A stretch of DNA of 63,024 nt, filler included, from Asterionella formosa (taxonomy: Eukaryota), in NCBI GenBank assembly GCA_002256025.1. It is 28 parts of 28 records of this genome, joined end to end, with 100 filler letters (N's around TTAATTAATTAA, not from the genome) between each part and the next. Parts side by side here need not be neighbours in the genome. Positions count along the whole stretch, not along the records: positions 24,849 to 27,003 come from NKIB01000314.1; positions 27,104 to 29,262 come from NKIB01000315.1; positions 29,363 to 31,516 come from NKIB01000317.1; positions 31,617 to 33,770 come from NKIB01000318.1; positions 33,871 to 36,023 come from NKIB01000319.1; positions 36,124 to 38,276 come from NKIB01000320.1; 22 more parts are not named here. One strand, given 5' to 3'. The notes beneath the pieces were generated by a model. That model made no database searches and was not told where the DNA came from. It saw only the letters and a program-made list of their open reading frames with translations. Below are positions 24,849-36,222 of this stretch, in pieces. The position numbers were made by a program, and so were the translations under genes. Position 1 is the stretch's first letter; each line of letters starts with the position of its first letter.

Positions 24849-27003
24849 GGAGTGAAAGTTGCCATGCTATGGATCGTGGCTGGGGGAATGGCAAAAGCAT
24901 TTGGGTATCCTATTCCCACGCTTCCAGGTGAAGTTGTGAACAATGTCAAGAATTTTCTTGATGAAGTGAACAAATCGTCACCTTTTGAGGGTCTGAAGGA
25001 CTACAAGAAGTCTGGGTTCGACCTGAACAACCAGCTGAATGATTTAAAAAATTTTGTTGAAGCTCTGGAACGTAATGGTAAGATGTGCCATTGCTTGGAA
25101 GAGTTTGACAAGGAAGCGCTGAAATCCAGCTCTTGGCAGTTTGCGCTCAAAAAATATGTGCTTCCTGATTTGGCAAATTATGAAAAGCAAGTCATATTTA
25201 TCTCTGTCCACTTGAACAACAATCTTTGCGCTGACGCAGGAGAACTTGAAAAAATTGAAAATAGAATGCAAGCGATTGAAATGAACATGCAAGCAATTGA
25301 TAATTTAATGCAACCGGTTGATAATAATTTCCAGGTCGTTCAATCCAACATCAAGGATGTGGATGTGATAACTGAAAATGAACGTTTGCTGTATGCCCAG
25401 TCTGTGACACTCCAATACATACAGTTGAGCATCGACCGAATCCCTGATTTGATGGTTCATTTCCCGTACATGTTTATCCTTCTCACCGCTGACGATTTTC
25501 AAACATTCAAGAGCACATTGATGCCCAAGTCGTCAATGGATAAACAAGGTCGCGTTGGAGTTAAGGAAGTGGTAGAAATTATTGATCGAGCTCAGAAGTT
25601 ATTTGAATGTTTCCGCGACTATCGTGACTCTTTGAAGAACAAGGAGACAGCCACTGCTCTCAGAAAAGGCAGGCGACTTTCCAGTGGTAAGACTGAAGTG
25701 GTATATCTTCAGTTGTTGTGTGGACTGACGCTCCAGCCACTTGTCTCGTACAAAATCGAAACGGCAAAATATCGGATGCAAATCGAACAGTTTGCAGAGA
25801 TAGGGGCCCAGTTGTGTGCTGTTGGAGTGAAAGTTGCCATGCTATGGATCGTGGCTGGGGGAATGGCAAAAGCATTTGGGTATCCTATTCCCACGCTTCC
25901 AGGTGAAGTTGTGAACAATGTCAAGAATTTTCTTGATGAAGTGAACAAATCGTCACCTTTTGAGGGTCTGAAGGACTACAAGAAGTCTGGGTTCGACCTG
26001 AACAACCAGCTGAATGATTTAAAAAAATTTGTTGAAGCTCTGGAACGTAATGGTAAGATGTGCCATTGCTTGGAAGAGTTTGACAAGGAAGCGCTGAAAT
26101 CCAGCTCTTGGCAGTTTGCGCTCAAAAAATATGTGCTTCCTGATTTGGCAAATTATGAAAAGCAAGTCATATTTATCTCTGTCCACTTGAACAACAACTT
26201 TTGCGCTGACGCAGGAGAACTTGAAGAAAATGATAATGGATTGCAAGCGTTTGAAGATTATAGTTTGCTGCATGCCCAGTCTGTGCCGGTCCAACTTAAA
26301 GATGTTCGATTTCCGTACATGTTTACCCTTCTCACCGCTGACGATTTTCAAACATTCAAGAGCACATTGATGCCCAAGCCGTCAATGGATAAACAAGGTC
26401 GCGTTGGAGTTAAGGAAGTGGTAGAAATTATTGATCGAGCTCAGAAGTTATTTGAATGTTTCCGCGACTATCGTGACTCTTTGAAGAACAAGGAGACAGC
26501 CACTGCTCTCAGAAAAGGCAGGCGACTTTCCAGTGGTAAGACTGAAGTGGTATATCTTCAGTTGTTGTGTGGACTGACGCTCCAGCCACTTGTCTCGTAC
26601 AAAATCGAAACGGCAAAATATCGGATGCAAATCGAACAGTTTGCAGAGATAGGGGCCCAGTTGTTTGCTGTTGGAGTGAAAGAAACCATGCTATGGATCG
26701 TGGCTGGGGGAATGGCAAAAGCATTTGGGTATCCTATTCCCACGCTTCCAGGTGAAGTTGTGAACAATGTCAAGAATTTTCTTGATGAAGTGAACAAATC
26801 GTCACCTTTTGAGGGTCTGAAGGACTACAAGAAGTCTGGGTTCGACCTGAACAACCAGCTGAATGATTTAAAAAAATTTGTTGAAGCTCTGGAACGTAAT
26901 GGTAAGATGTGCCATTGCTTGGAAGAGTTTGACAAGGAAGCGCTGAAATCCAGCTCTTGGCAGTTTGCGCTCAAAAAGCATGTGCTTATTCATTTGGCAA
27001 ATT
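24849..27003 (+). CDS. Protein with near-identical tandem copies of the kinase-associated C-terminal domain (partial at both ends)
   Basis: Open across the whole contig; DNA repeat periods of 975 and 849 bp; heptad-like spacer IENRMQA IEMNMQA IDNLMQP. Confidence 0.75.
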
Positions 27004-27671
27004 NNNNNNNNNNNNNNNNNNNNNNNNNNNNNNNNNNNNNNNNNNNNTTAATTAATTAANNNNNNNNNNNNNNNNNNNNNNNNNNNNNNNNNNNNNNNNN
27101 NNNGGATGAGACAGGCAAAGAAGAACGAGAGTTTGGTTTTGGTTGTAACAAGATGATGATAACAGCGAAATTACAAACATTCATGATCACTGCCTGTGTA
27201 AACGGTGCTACTTGATTGCTAGTGCACTAGCTGTCACTACGGGTATAATTTTCTGTCCAACAACAAAATACTGGTACTACCTGGTACCAGGTACCAGGGT
27301 ACCTATTGCTATATACTCCATATATGTACATAACATACCGATAATTATGCGTCATAACTGTACATGATATAAAAGAGAGGTGAGGGTTGGTTATTTTAAC
27401 ACGTCCAGACTTGCCACAAAAAATGAAGTCTGACGCGTCGTTTGGATATAATAATAACCTCTAGTTATTCATTCCAAGTCTGGACTTGAGTCCAAAGTCT
27501 GACGCCACCAAGTCAGACTTGATGACGAATAACCACAGTTATGCATTATTTTAGTGAGGCAGTATTTATAACCTGGTTATTATATACCAAGTCAGAAACA
27601 ATGGACACTTTTATACTGGGATGGGGAGCAAGTTGCTAAAAAAATTATAAACAACTTCATTTACATTCAAG

Positions 27672-28580
27672 ATGAGATTGACAATGGTTTCACTATCATC
27701 TGGAGGGAAAACAGTAACAGAGGAATTGGAAAGATGTGTCAAATGGTTGAAAGAAAATGATCCAAGTTTGACTGAACTTCTTAGTCTCAGTTATAATTCA
27801 ATTGGTGATGATGGCGCCAAGGAAATTGCATTGCTGGCCGTCTTGGTCAATGCTGTCTTGACCACACTTTTTTATCTTGGAGGTAAATCTATTGTTGTTG
27901 ATCATGCCAAGGCCATTGCAGAGGCCCTCCTCACGGTCAATACCATCTTGACTGCACTTGATCTCAGTATGCTACCACTATATCTCAATGGTAATTCAAT
28001 TGGTAATGAGGGTACCAAGGCCATCATACCTGAGGCACTCAAGGACCATAAAGTCAGGATTTCACTTTTTGTCAAGTGAAATCCAATTCATGATGATAAT
28101 TTATTAACAAAATTTGAGGGACTTGTTAATCTAAACAAGAACTGTATCCACAAGGTCAATACTGACTTGACTTGACTATAGAAGAAATTACAACAATTAT
28201 GCCTTCTATGATGATGATGATGATTTCTTTAGTCAATGCTACTGGGCAAGAAGAAGGTCTCATGAAGCTTCAGAACTTCGCTGTGAATAATGACAATAAC
28301 AAGTTGATGATTGCTAAAGAAGGAGGTATCACTACAGTTTTGTCTGCTATGGAAGAACATCCAAAGAATGCTACTGTGCAAGAATCTGGTTGTTCAATAC
28401 TTGGGAACTTGGCTGTGAATTACAACAACAAAGCGTGCTGCAAATAAATCACTATGAAGAATCTGATATCAAATGAGAATGATACTTTGCAGTACTCTAT
28501 GCTTGCACAGCACATCGGAAATTGGTTGTGAATACTGCCCAAACAAATTGAAGATTGCTGCAGAAGATGTTATCACTACA
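27672..28580 (+). pseudogene. Degenerate RNI-like LRR followed by armadillo-repeat coding sequence
   Basis: LKENDPSLTEL, LSYNSIGDDGAKEIA, LYLNGNSIGNEGTKA; then NNKLMIAKEGGITTVLSAMEEHPKNATVQESGCSILGNLA; stops and indels. Confidence 0.75.
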
Positions 28581-28816
28581 ACCAACCGAACCCTACCTAA
28601 CCCTAGCATCAGACGAAAAGCAAAATACCAGTAGTCTCATTACTTTTTGGCAAGTTAATTAGTCACCTCATCGTCATTGGATAATCGTCATTGTAGCTCC
28701 TTCCTTTACCTAACCCTAATTATTTTGGTTATTTAAATCAATGGACAGCTTATGGTGTTTACAACCAATACAGCCATACAAAAGATGGGAAACTAGTCAT
28801 GATGTTTGCATTCTGC

Positions 28817-29262
28817 CTACTCCAAGCCAAAACCAATGCAAGAAGTGGTCACAGCCAGCCTAAGTTTCTCTTCAAGCTCCTTCTTTGACTGGTAGTCAGG
28901 TAGGTGAAGGCGATTGAAACATGTATGTGCCTGTGGGTAAAAACAGGAATTTCTATCCACTCCATGAATGGCAAACTTTTTGATATTTCCATCATTTCCT
29001 TGCAATACAGAAGTTCCAGTGACAAATTGCAGCAATCGAGCCTTGGTTTCTTGATCAAAGTCATCTCGTAAAACCAACTCCCAGAACCAGTTCATAATGT
29101 GATTGTTTTTGCTATTTTTGTCTTCGTAAATTCCAGAATAAATTGTATTTGCTTCCCAATCAGCCATATCTAGGTGAGGGAGACCACAAAGTATGAGCTC
29201 TAGCTCTTGGTGATCGAAAACAGACAGAGCTGGCTCAGGAATGACATCAAAGAACCCAAGAA
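28817..29262 (-). pseudogene. HECT (NEDD4-like) E3 ligase C-terminus, probably a pseudogene
   Basis: FDHQELELILCG, WFW, LLQFVTGTS, PQAHTCFNRLHLPDY. The usual xVPxxGF segment after GTS is missing. Confidence 0.8.
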
Positions 29263-29689
29263 NNNNNNNNNNNNNNNNNNNNNNNNNNNNNNNNNNNNNN
29301 NNNNNNTTAATTAATTAANNNNNNNNNNNNNNNNNNNNNNNNNNNNNNNNNNNNNNNNNNNNTGAGATCGAAGCAACAGAGCGTGATGAATTTGAACTTG
29401 ATTATTCCACAGCGGCCACTGTCGCAAAGCGGGTAGCGGAAGTATAATGACGCTACCTGTGTGTCTGCCTCGTATCAATACAGGTTACTTCTTTTCAATC
29501 TAGAACCAGCAGATAGAAAACCTTACAATACCCGAGCTGCCGCCAAACTTAGGATCCTGCCCTTTTGCTATGTACATTCATTAAAAAATATATATGAATG
29601 ATGTAACAGTCATTAACGGTTAATCATCATGTCCCTTTTAATAATACATGCCACATATGGTGGCTGCAACTTTGCAATCAATCACTTCA

Positions 29690-30730
29690 CTCACCATGAT
29701 GCATATCTCTGTTTGTCTTTGTTTGTCTTGCTATTCCAATGATCAACCAGCAATGACTTCATCACTGAATCCTGGTTGTTCTTGGTGACAGTTAGCACTA
29801 CCTCAGGTACCATTTGTTCCATTTTCCACGGGCTTGTTGGATACCTGAAATTGATTTTCAGTGACGAAGGGGAAAGAATAGGAAGGAACATGACAAACAA
29901 TAATGAGACCAACAAATCAAGGCACAGAAGGAGATCATTGCCCATTAGCATAAATCCAAAGCACAAGTTTTTTGATATGAAGAGACAATTAGTCAGAATT
30001 GCCAAAACCTTGGCGAGGTGAATGTCTTCAAGTTTCAATGAAAGTACAAGGATAGGAGAACAACATCTACAAATTTCAACATAAAGTAGAAGAAGGATAT
30101 GATCCATTGACAGATTGAAAAAGGTTGCAGGAAGAAGGTAAAATAAAAATTGGAAGTGAAATGAAGTGAGACAATTTATCAGTGTGTCTTGGAAGGGAGG
30201 GTTAATTGATTTTTGTGTCAATGAAGAATGTCTTGTGTCAATCAAGGATACATTGTGGATGAAAGTTTTGACGATCTTCTGGCAAGCCGAAAACATCAAG
30301 GCTAGCTGTGCCTGAGCCTGTATCATTCAGCTGGACAATCGCGCCACACCAAGCTTGCAACTTGCAGGTTTGACTGTTAAAATTGATCTCAGGCCAAGGA
30401 TATTGCCATCGTGAATGTCATTGGCAATGCTTGTGATGTTGTTGAAAGTTGTTTCAAGATGGTGACTAGTAAGAATACAATAATAGTGTAAGTGTATTAA
30501 CAAATAGATAGAATACAATAATTGCTGTTTTTTTGTGTATCCATAAAATATTTGAGACTGTTGCGCCAGATGTACAAGGAGGGTAAAGGACTATGGGAGA
30601 TACAAGGCACCAAGTGGGTTCCCCCCCTACAAGAAGCATGTGCCACCTTCTTAGGCAGTCAGAGTTTCCACTAATGCTGCATCTAGCTAAGAGACAATCA
30701 CCTTTCGGAAATGGTGAATGGGGACTCACC
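29690..30730 (-). pseudogene. Decayed 3' region of a non-LTR retrotransposon
   Basis: Fragments (IQAQAQL..., LLVDHWN) loosely resemble the C-terminal region at 58631-59607; many stops. Confidence 0.3.
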
Positions 30731-30913
30731 TATGCTAACAAAGCTAGGCAAGCACAGGTCTTTTTGGCAGGTAGCGCAATGAAAGGCTGGCTATAAAACA
30801 TACTATCCTTTTATATACCATGTGTATTATGATTTCATGTAACGGAAATATCTCCTTACCAATAAAAAGAGTTTAAATATATTAATTAATTGCAATTGAT
30901 AAATCCGGTACTC

Positions 30914-31003
30914 ATCAGGAGATTCCGGGTTCGAATCCCGGGCAGGTTTCTTAGCCCTAATCCCCCTGACTTGTTGGCCCAATGGTAAGGCGCCTGACTA
31001 CGG
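30914..31003 (+). tRNA. Circularly permuted tRNA-Arg(ACG): 3' half 30914-30949, 18-nt spacer, 5' half 30968-31003
   Basis: 3' half ATCAGG-AGATT-CCGGG-TTCGAAT-CCCGG-GCAGGTT-T lies upstream of 5' half GACTTGT-TG-GCCCAATGGTAAGGC-G-CCTGA-CT-ACG-G. Rejoined halves give a 72-nt cloverleaf. Confidence 0.88.
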
Positions 31004-31008
31004 TCGGA

Positions 31009-31017
31009 TTTTCTTTT
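31009..31017 (+). terminator. Pol III terminator-like T-runs after the permuted tRNA
   Basis: TTTTCTTTT directly after the trailer helix. Confidence 0.65.
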
Positions 31018-31789
31018 ATAAAATTTTATTTCTTCGTCGCATTCTGAACTGGTCGATTTTCCATCACTACCGGTATACCGGATAGATGGTGTTCCGATCG
31101 GATTTCTGAGTTTCTTTTCCTAGCTTTGCTTGCTGATGTAACCTGGTCCTCCTCCCAGGTTGTACGGACCTTGGAATGCCGCCGATATAGTCTATCAATA
31201 TGTATACGTTCGTAAATAAAAAACAATAGAATTTGCATGCAATGAGGATAAGAAAATAGTCTACGAAACGTTTTAAGTAAACAACCGGTATTATTAGGTA
31301 GTCAGGAAGAGTGCAATTGATGTATACAGGGTCCATCTTCGCTCCATGCTTTACGTTGGCTACAGTCAGAGAAGACTTAGGCATAGAGGACGGTATTATT
31401 CCTATCAAGTGAACATGTACGATGTGAGCATCGCTATGTCGAGCAGTAATCGACTGCAACTTTCGACTCGGGAGTATCGACTTCGCAGATTAATACCTTT
31501 TTCTATCAGGAAATGTNNNNNNNNNNNNNNNNNNNNNNNNNNNNNNNNNNNNNNNNNNNNTTAATTAATTAANNNNNNNNNNNNNNNNNNNNNNNNNNNN
31601 NNNNNNNNNNNNNNNNGTCCGGAATGAAAGTTGTTCTGGTAAGATTACTGCGCTATTTTGACGGCTATATAAGCAACGCTACTGATAACTCACACTGATC
31701 TTCCTCTACATTCAATTGACATTGCAGCAAACCCTTTCAGTGAAGGAGCATTCGCATGCCGTTCCGAATGAGCAGGCTTTATTTCATTA

Positions 31790-32186
31790 ATGAAACTCTT
31801 CAATTTAGTTGAATGAGCTCCAGAAAATTACGTAAACAAATTTAACACATTAAGTGAACTTTATTCTAGAATTATGTGAACGAAATTACAGAATTACGTG
31901 AAGGATTTCAAATAATTATGTGAAGTATTTCAAATAATTATGTGAAGTATTTCAAATAATTATGTGAAGTATTTCAAATAATTATGTGAAGGTGATCACA
32001 TAATATAGTGATGATCAGGAATGCATGCATGATACTTTGATCAAATATTTAACGTGATGTATTCAGATAATATATAGACATGTTCAACTACGTATTTTGA
32101 TGTATTCAACTAATTCATGTGATGCATTCAAAATCAACTAGGCTTATTTACGTGATGGTCACTTCACGTAATACGCGGCTTAGATG
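31790..32186 (-). mobile_element. End B of CATCTAAGCCGCG transposon
   Basis: Ends ...CACGTAATACGCGGCTTAGATG; 22-bp tandem subterminal repeats AATAATTATGTGAAGTATTTCA. Confidence 0.85.
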
Positions 32187-32699
32187 ATACAGAAAGTACT
32201 GATAATATGTTGCAGGGGAATAAAATTATTGTCACTTTGTAGTATGATGCACACAATCAATTACGACTCACCATCACTTCATTTCAACCTCAACCAAATA
32301 ATAGAATGTTGATGAAATCATTCATGAATACTCAATAGATAGCTATTAGTAGTGTTAGTACTACAATGGCATGATTCTTCGGTTGGCTGCTTGAACCAAA
32401 TTAATTCCCTTATTCATTTCAATAACTACTAGTAGCAATTCATAAGCATCAAAATTTCAAAATTTTAGTTTCGATGCTAACATTGTAGTCTTCCGTACCA
32501 TAGTAGATTTATCAATACTGCTAGCTAGTTTGAATAATCTCTTGCACATTGTGAGTTTACCTTACTTCATGCACTCGCTCCTTGAATCGCTCAGCATGAA
32601 GCCTCAATGATCATACGCTTATGGAGCGAGTTCAATCATCTCTTAAATCTATCAAAGAATCATGTTTATTTGTGTGAGTTTTTAACTACCCGACCTGCT

Positions 32700-33245
32700 T
32701 ATTAGCTTGCAACAAATGGTGGACCCTCTCTGACAAATTTGCATGACATGGTCGTGGTGGTGATTGAGAATCCAGAAAGCTTGATTCAATTCAACAATCA
32801 AAAATTCGCCTAAGTTTAAAAACACAAGTCGGTAATCAAAATGGAAACAACCTTGATCCCGCCCACCAAGCCTATCAACGCAATAAAAGAAACTGCCCAA
32901 GCCCATCTTGACTTGCACAAAAATAAGTTCTGCCAAGAACCTATTGTTCTTCTTGGCATCTGTTGGCATTCATGCTCTTGGACCAAATGTGCTTGCATCT
33001 GCAATGTTGAGAAAGAGAAAGGTAAAGGAACTACTTACTGATCGTCAAAATAAAAGGCAACACGAATTTGTGAAGCTACAGAACAAATTTATTGCTCTAC
33101 ATACAGCCAACAAGCCTGAGCATATGCTGTCAGTTACAATGGAGATTTGCCGGTACCACAAGCAAGGAGCAAGACAAGCCCTAACTACTCGCTTGGGTGA
33201 GACCTCACACCGAGAAGATCATCATACGCCAATACAGGTCTGAGG
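32700..33245 (+). pseudogene. Decayed paralog of the pogo-like C-terminus at 4523-5369
   Basis: LASVGIHALGPNVL vs FAVGNTCLGPPLF; RYHKQ...TSHRED vs WYKR...TCCRGE. Confidence 0.5.
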
Positions 33246-34813
33246 TGACTCACTTATCTAAAGCAGACCTGGCATGATTTGACAGAATTGCTAGAAAATT
33301 CAGAAATTGAACATGACAACTTCTTTGATGAACGATATTGGAATCAAATGTCACAATGATGCATCATCCTTGTAGCATTTATTGAAACCATGAAGCGTGC
33401 TATCCATATCCCAAATTACAATTGATATAAAACAATAGCTGTAATGCTGAAAGGAGGTGCATGGAGCAGGATGTTTTCAACCACCATGATTCTTGTTCCT
33501 TGGGTGAAACTGTTTGTTTTCAGCAAATTTTGAGCCGTAACAGGAGATACTCCAATGAAAGCTTGTAATGCATGACTGCTGCTGGCATACACTCTGGAAA
33601 CATTGAAAGTATCAACCATTACAGAATGCAACTATTGTTATACGATTACATTTTGGAGCCAGTTAATCAAGATCAGACTTTCATGGGGTGATGGTAAATC
33701 CTCATGCCAAGAATAGTAAGAGTGCCAGTAGTCTACCTGACTATTTACTACAAGCAGTTACTATACTGTGNNNNNNNNNNNNNNNNNNNNNNNNNNNNNN
33801 NNNNNNNNNNNNNNTTAATTAATTAANNNNNNNNNNNNNNNNNNNNNNNNNNNNNNNNNNNNNNNNNNNNGGCGCATGTAAAATTAAATAAGTTTGGTAC
33901 GATCGGCGACGATAAGAAATCGACACCAGGGAGTATATTGGTATATTTTAGTCGACTGATGGTATATGTCAAATATACCGAACTAATATAGCATAATACT
34001 TCCGTTTTACTCTTTTTTGTATGTATGACGATGGTCTTTTCCTCTACTGCATAATACCGTTATATGTTATCTCATTCAAATCTAATATTGCCCATAATAC
34101 CGTATCATACAGTGCTCCGTACTCCGTACTCCGTAATTGATTAGCTTACCGGTGGTGTTAGAAATCAGTAATTATTGAACCAAAAACAGCTACTACACCC
34201 CCGTATCGTAAAACCTGGTCTCTCGTATCCCCCCAGATACCTGTACCCCCCTTCGTACATCTGGCACAACACCCCCAAATATTTTATGTCTACAGAAAAA
34301 ATAACAGCATATTATTGTATTTTAGCTATTTATTAATTGTATTCTTACCGGTCACCTTCATGAAACAACAATCAACAACAACACAAGCGATGCCAATGAC
34401 ATTTGCGATGGCTATATCCTTGTCCTGAGATCTATTTCAAAAGTCGAAGCTGCAACTTGCATGCTTGTTGTGGAGCGATTATCAAGCTGAATGCTAAAGG
34501 CTCAGGCAGTTCTGGCCTTGATGTTGTTGGCTTGCCGGAAGTGTTCACAGAATCATTTCGTCTGCTGCCTCATGATGCAGAAATATTTCGTGCATGTCAT
34601 GATTCTGGTCGAATAATCATGTAAGTGATGTGGTTGGCTTACATTAATTTCCATCAGCCACGATCCAAGTCGTAGAGTCTACAAATACAAATGGGTACAC
34701 ACACTTGGAATTACTGTTGATGCCATCACAAAACTCCGGCGCACCGGTGCACCAAAAATAGAAATTGTATCGATCATAGAAACTTTTTGAGCCTACAACT
34801 ATATATCTTTTAA

Positions 34814-36023
34814 GGTTCCTGCATTTGAACCCCTAGGCAAAAATTAAAATATTGCTTAGGGTTGCCGAAATTCCCTGGAACTAAGAATTTTTATGAGTTA
34901 ATTTTGAATGACGTGATTCCAATTGAAATATTTGAATCACTGGAAATTTGCGCGTACATACATAGATTCCTTTTCGAATTCAATAAATATATACATAAAC
35001 GTTCTCCATCGCTCAATGTTTATATACCCTATCATACAATCAACATATATGTGTCAGACAAGCAAGCTGCTGGCAGCATGGCAAATATTGTTGATGACTA
35101 CCGGTAAGAAACTAAAAAAGCAACAATCAACCATGAGCAAAATTACACATCAAAATGATGACAATGGTAATGACGAATTTAACTACAGTCATGATAGTTG
35201 TCCTACCTGCCAAGACCGGTTGATTGTAGAGTCGTACTACTATGTGGAGGGATGTGAGGATCGCATCTTCTGCGAATGCTGCGATTTTTGCTGCCCTGAA
35301 TGTCAGTGCCGATGGGATGAATTCGAAGAGTTGGTGGAGAAGTTTCTGGAAGGTGAATCCATTCTTACCAGGTTGAAGGATGAAGACATTACGGCATCAA
35401 GAGCCCGCAATCTTCTGTACAAGTTTCTAATCAGAGTTTTCAGTGGTCCATTGGGAAAAGGTGTTCGGATGCAACTTCCCGACTGTTGTTTGAAGGGGGT
35501 TCGATCTCTTTTGAAGAACAAGGACCCAAACGAAGTGTTCACTGGTTTCAAACCAACTTCCAAACGTTCTAAATGTTCTAAATCTATTAGTGATAAGTGT
35601 TTTTACGATTTTCATTTATTTCATTAGGAAATCAAGAACTTCAATCCACCTACGTACGATGTTTCAAAACCTTCTAGAAATAAGGTGGCATGAATAACAA
35701 ATAAATTTTTTATTTTTACACAATCTAACTAATCAACCTGCCACAAAAACAGCAACACCAGCCAACTATTATAAGACAAAATCATGCCACGTTCCAGTGG
35801 TAGCCGTCTCATTTCCGAAATTGGTGTTGGTGGTCAAGGAGGACGAAATATAGCGTCCGATGAAAATCAAAATTGGTGGACCTCTAAGATGCCTTCTTGT
35901 CCCCCTACAACAACCACTTCACCAATTGAACTAGCAATCACATCGTCACCAATTAAAACAGACTGCTCTCAACTGAACACGAATCATATAATCGACTATA
36001 ATACATTGTCGAAATTTCTGCAG
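34814..36023 (+). mobile_element. Kolobok-like element, left end with coding capacity
   Basis: TTAA|GGTTCCTGCATTTGAACCCCTAGGCAAAAATT, same left end as 12486. Confidence 0.8.
35133..35627 (+). CDS. Cys-rich KolX / P2X7-ballast-like protein
   Basis: CxxC...CECCDFCCPECQC, then RNLLYK...GPLGKGVRMQLPDCCLKGVR...FTGFK. Confidence 0.65.
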   Translation: MSKITHQNDDNGNDEFNYSHDSCPTCQDRLIVESYYYVEGCEDRIFCECCDFCCPECQCRWDEFEELVEKFLEGESILTRLKDEDITASRARNLLYKFLIRVFSGPLGKGVRMQLPDCCLKGVRSLLKNKDPNEVFTGFKPTSKRSKCSKSISDKCFYDFHLFH

Positions 36024-36222
36024 NNNNNNNNNNNNNNNNNNNNNNNNNNNNNNNNNNNNNNNNNNNNTTAATTAATTAANNNNNNNNNNNNNNNNNNNNN
36101 NNNNNNNNNNNNNNNNNNNNNNNTCTAAAATGATGTCATCTTGGTGACACAAGGAAATGTGGGCCACCCAGTTGTTATATTGCCGCAGTATACAAAAATT
36201 GTTGGACAGAATAATTTTGCAA

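Noticed and set aside
30914..31003. Two truncated tandem tRNA pseudogenes or a SINE head
   Set aside because: The halves are exactly complementary with no overlap, break at 37/38, and have flanks that pair into a BHB; the partner halves are absent on either side.
31905..31992. 22-bp repeats as CRISPR or plasmid iterons
   Set aside because: No spacers; they are subterminal repeats of a TIR element seen in three contigs.
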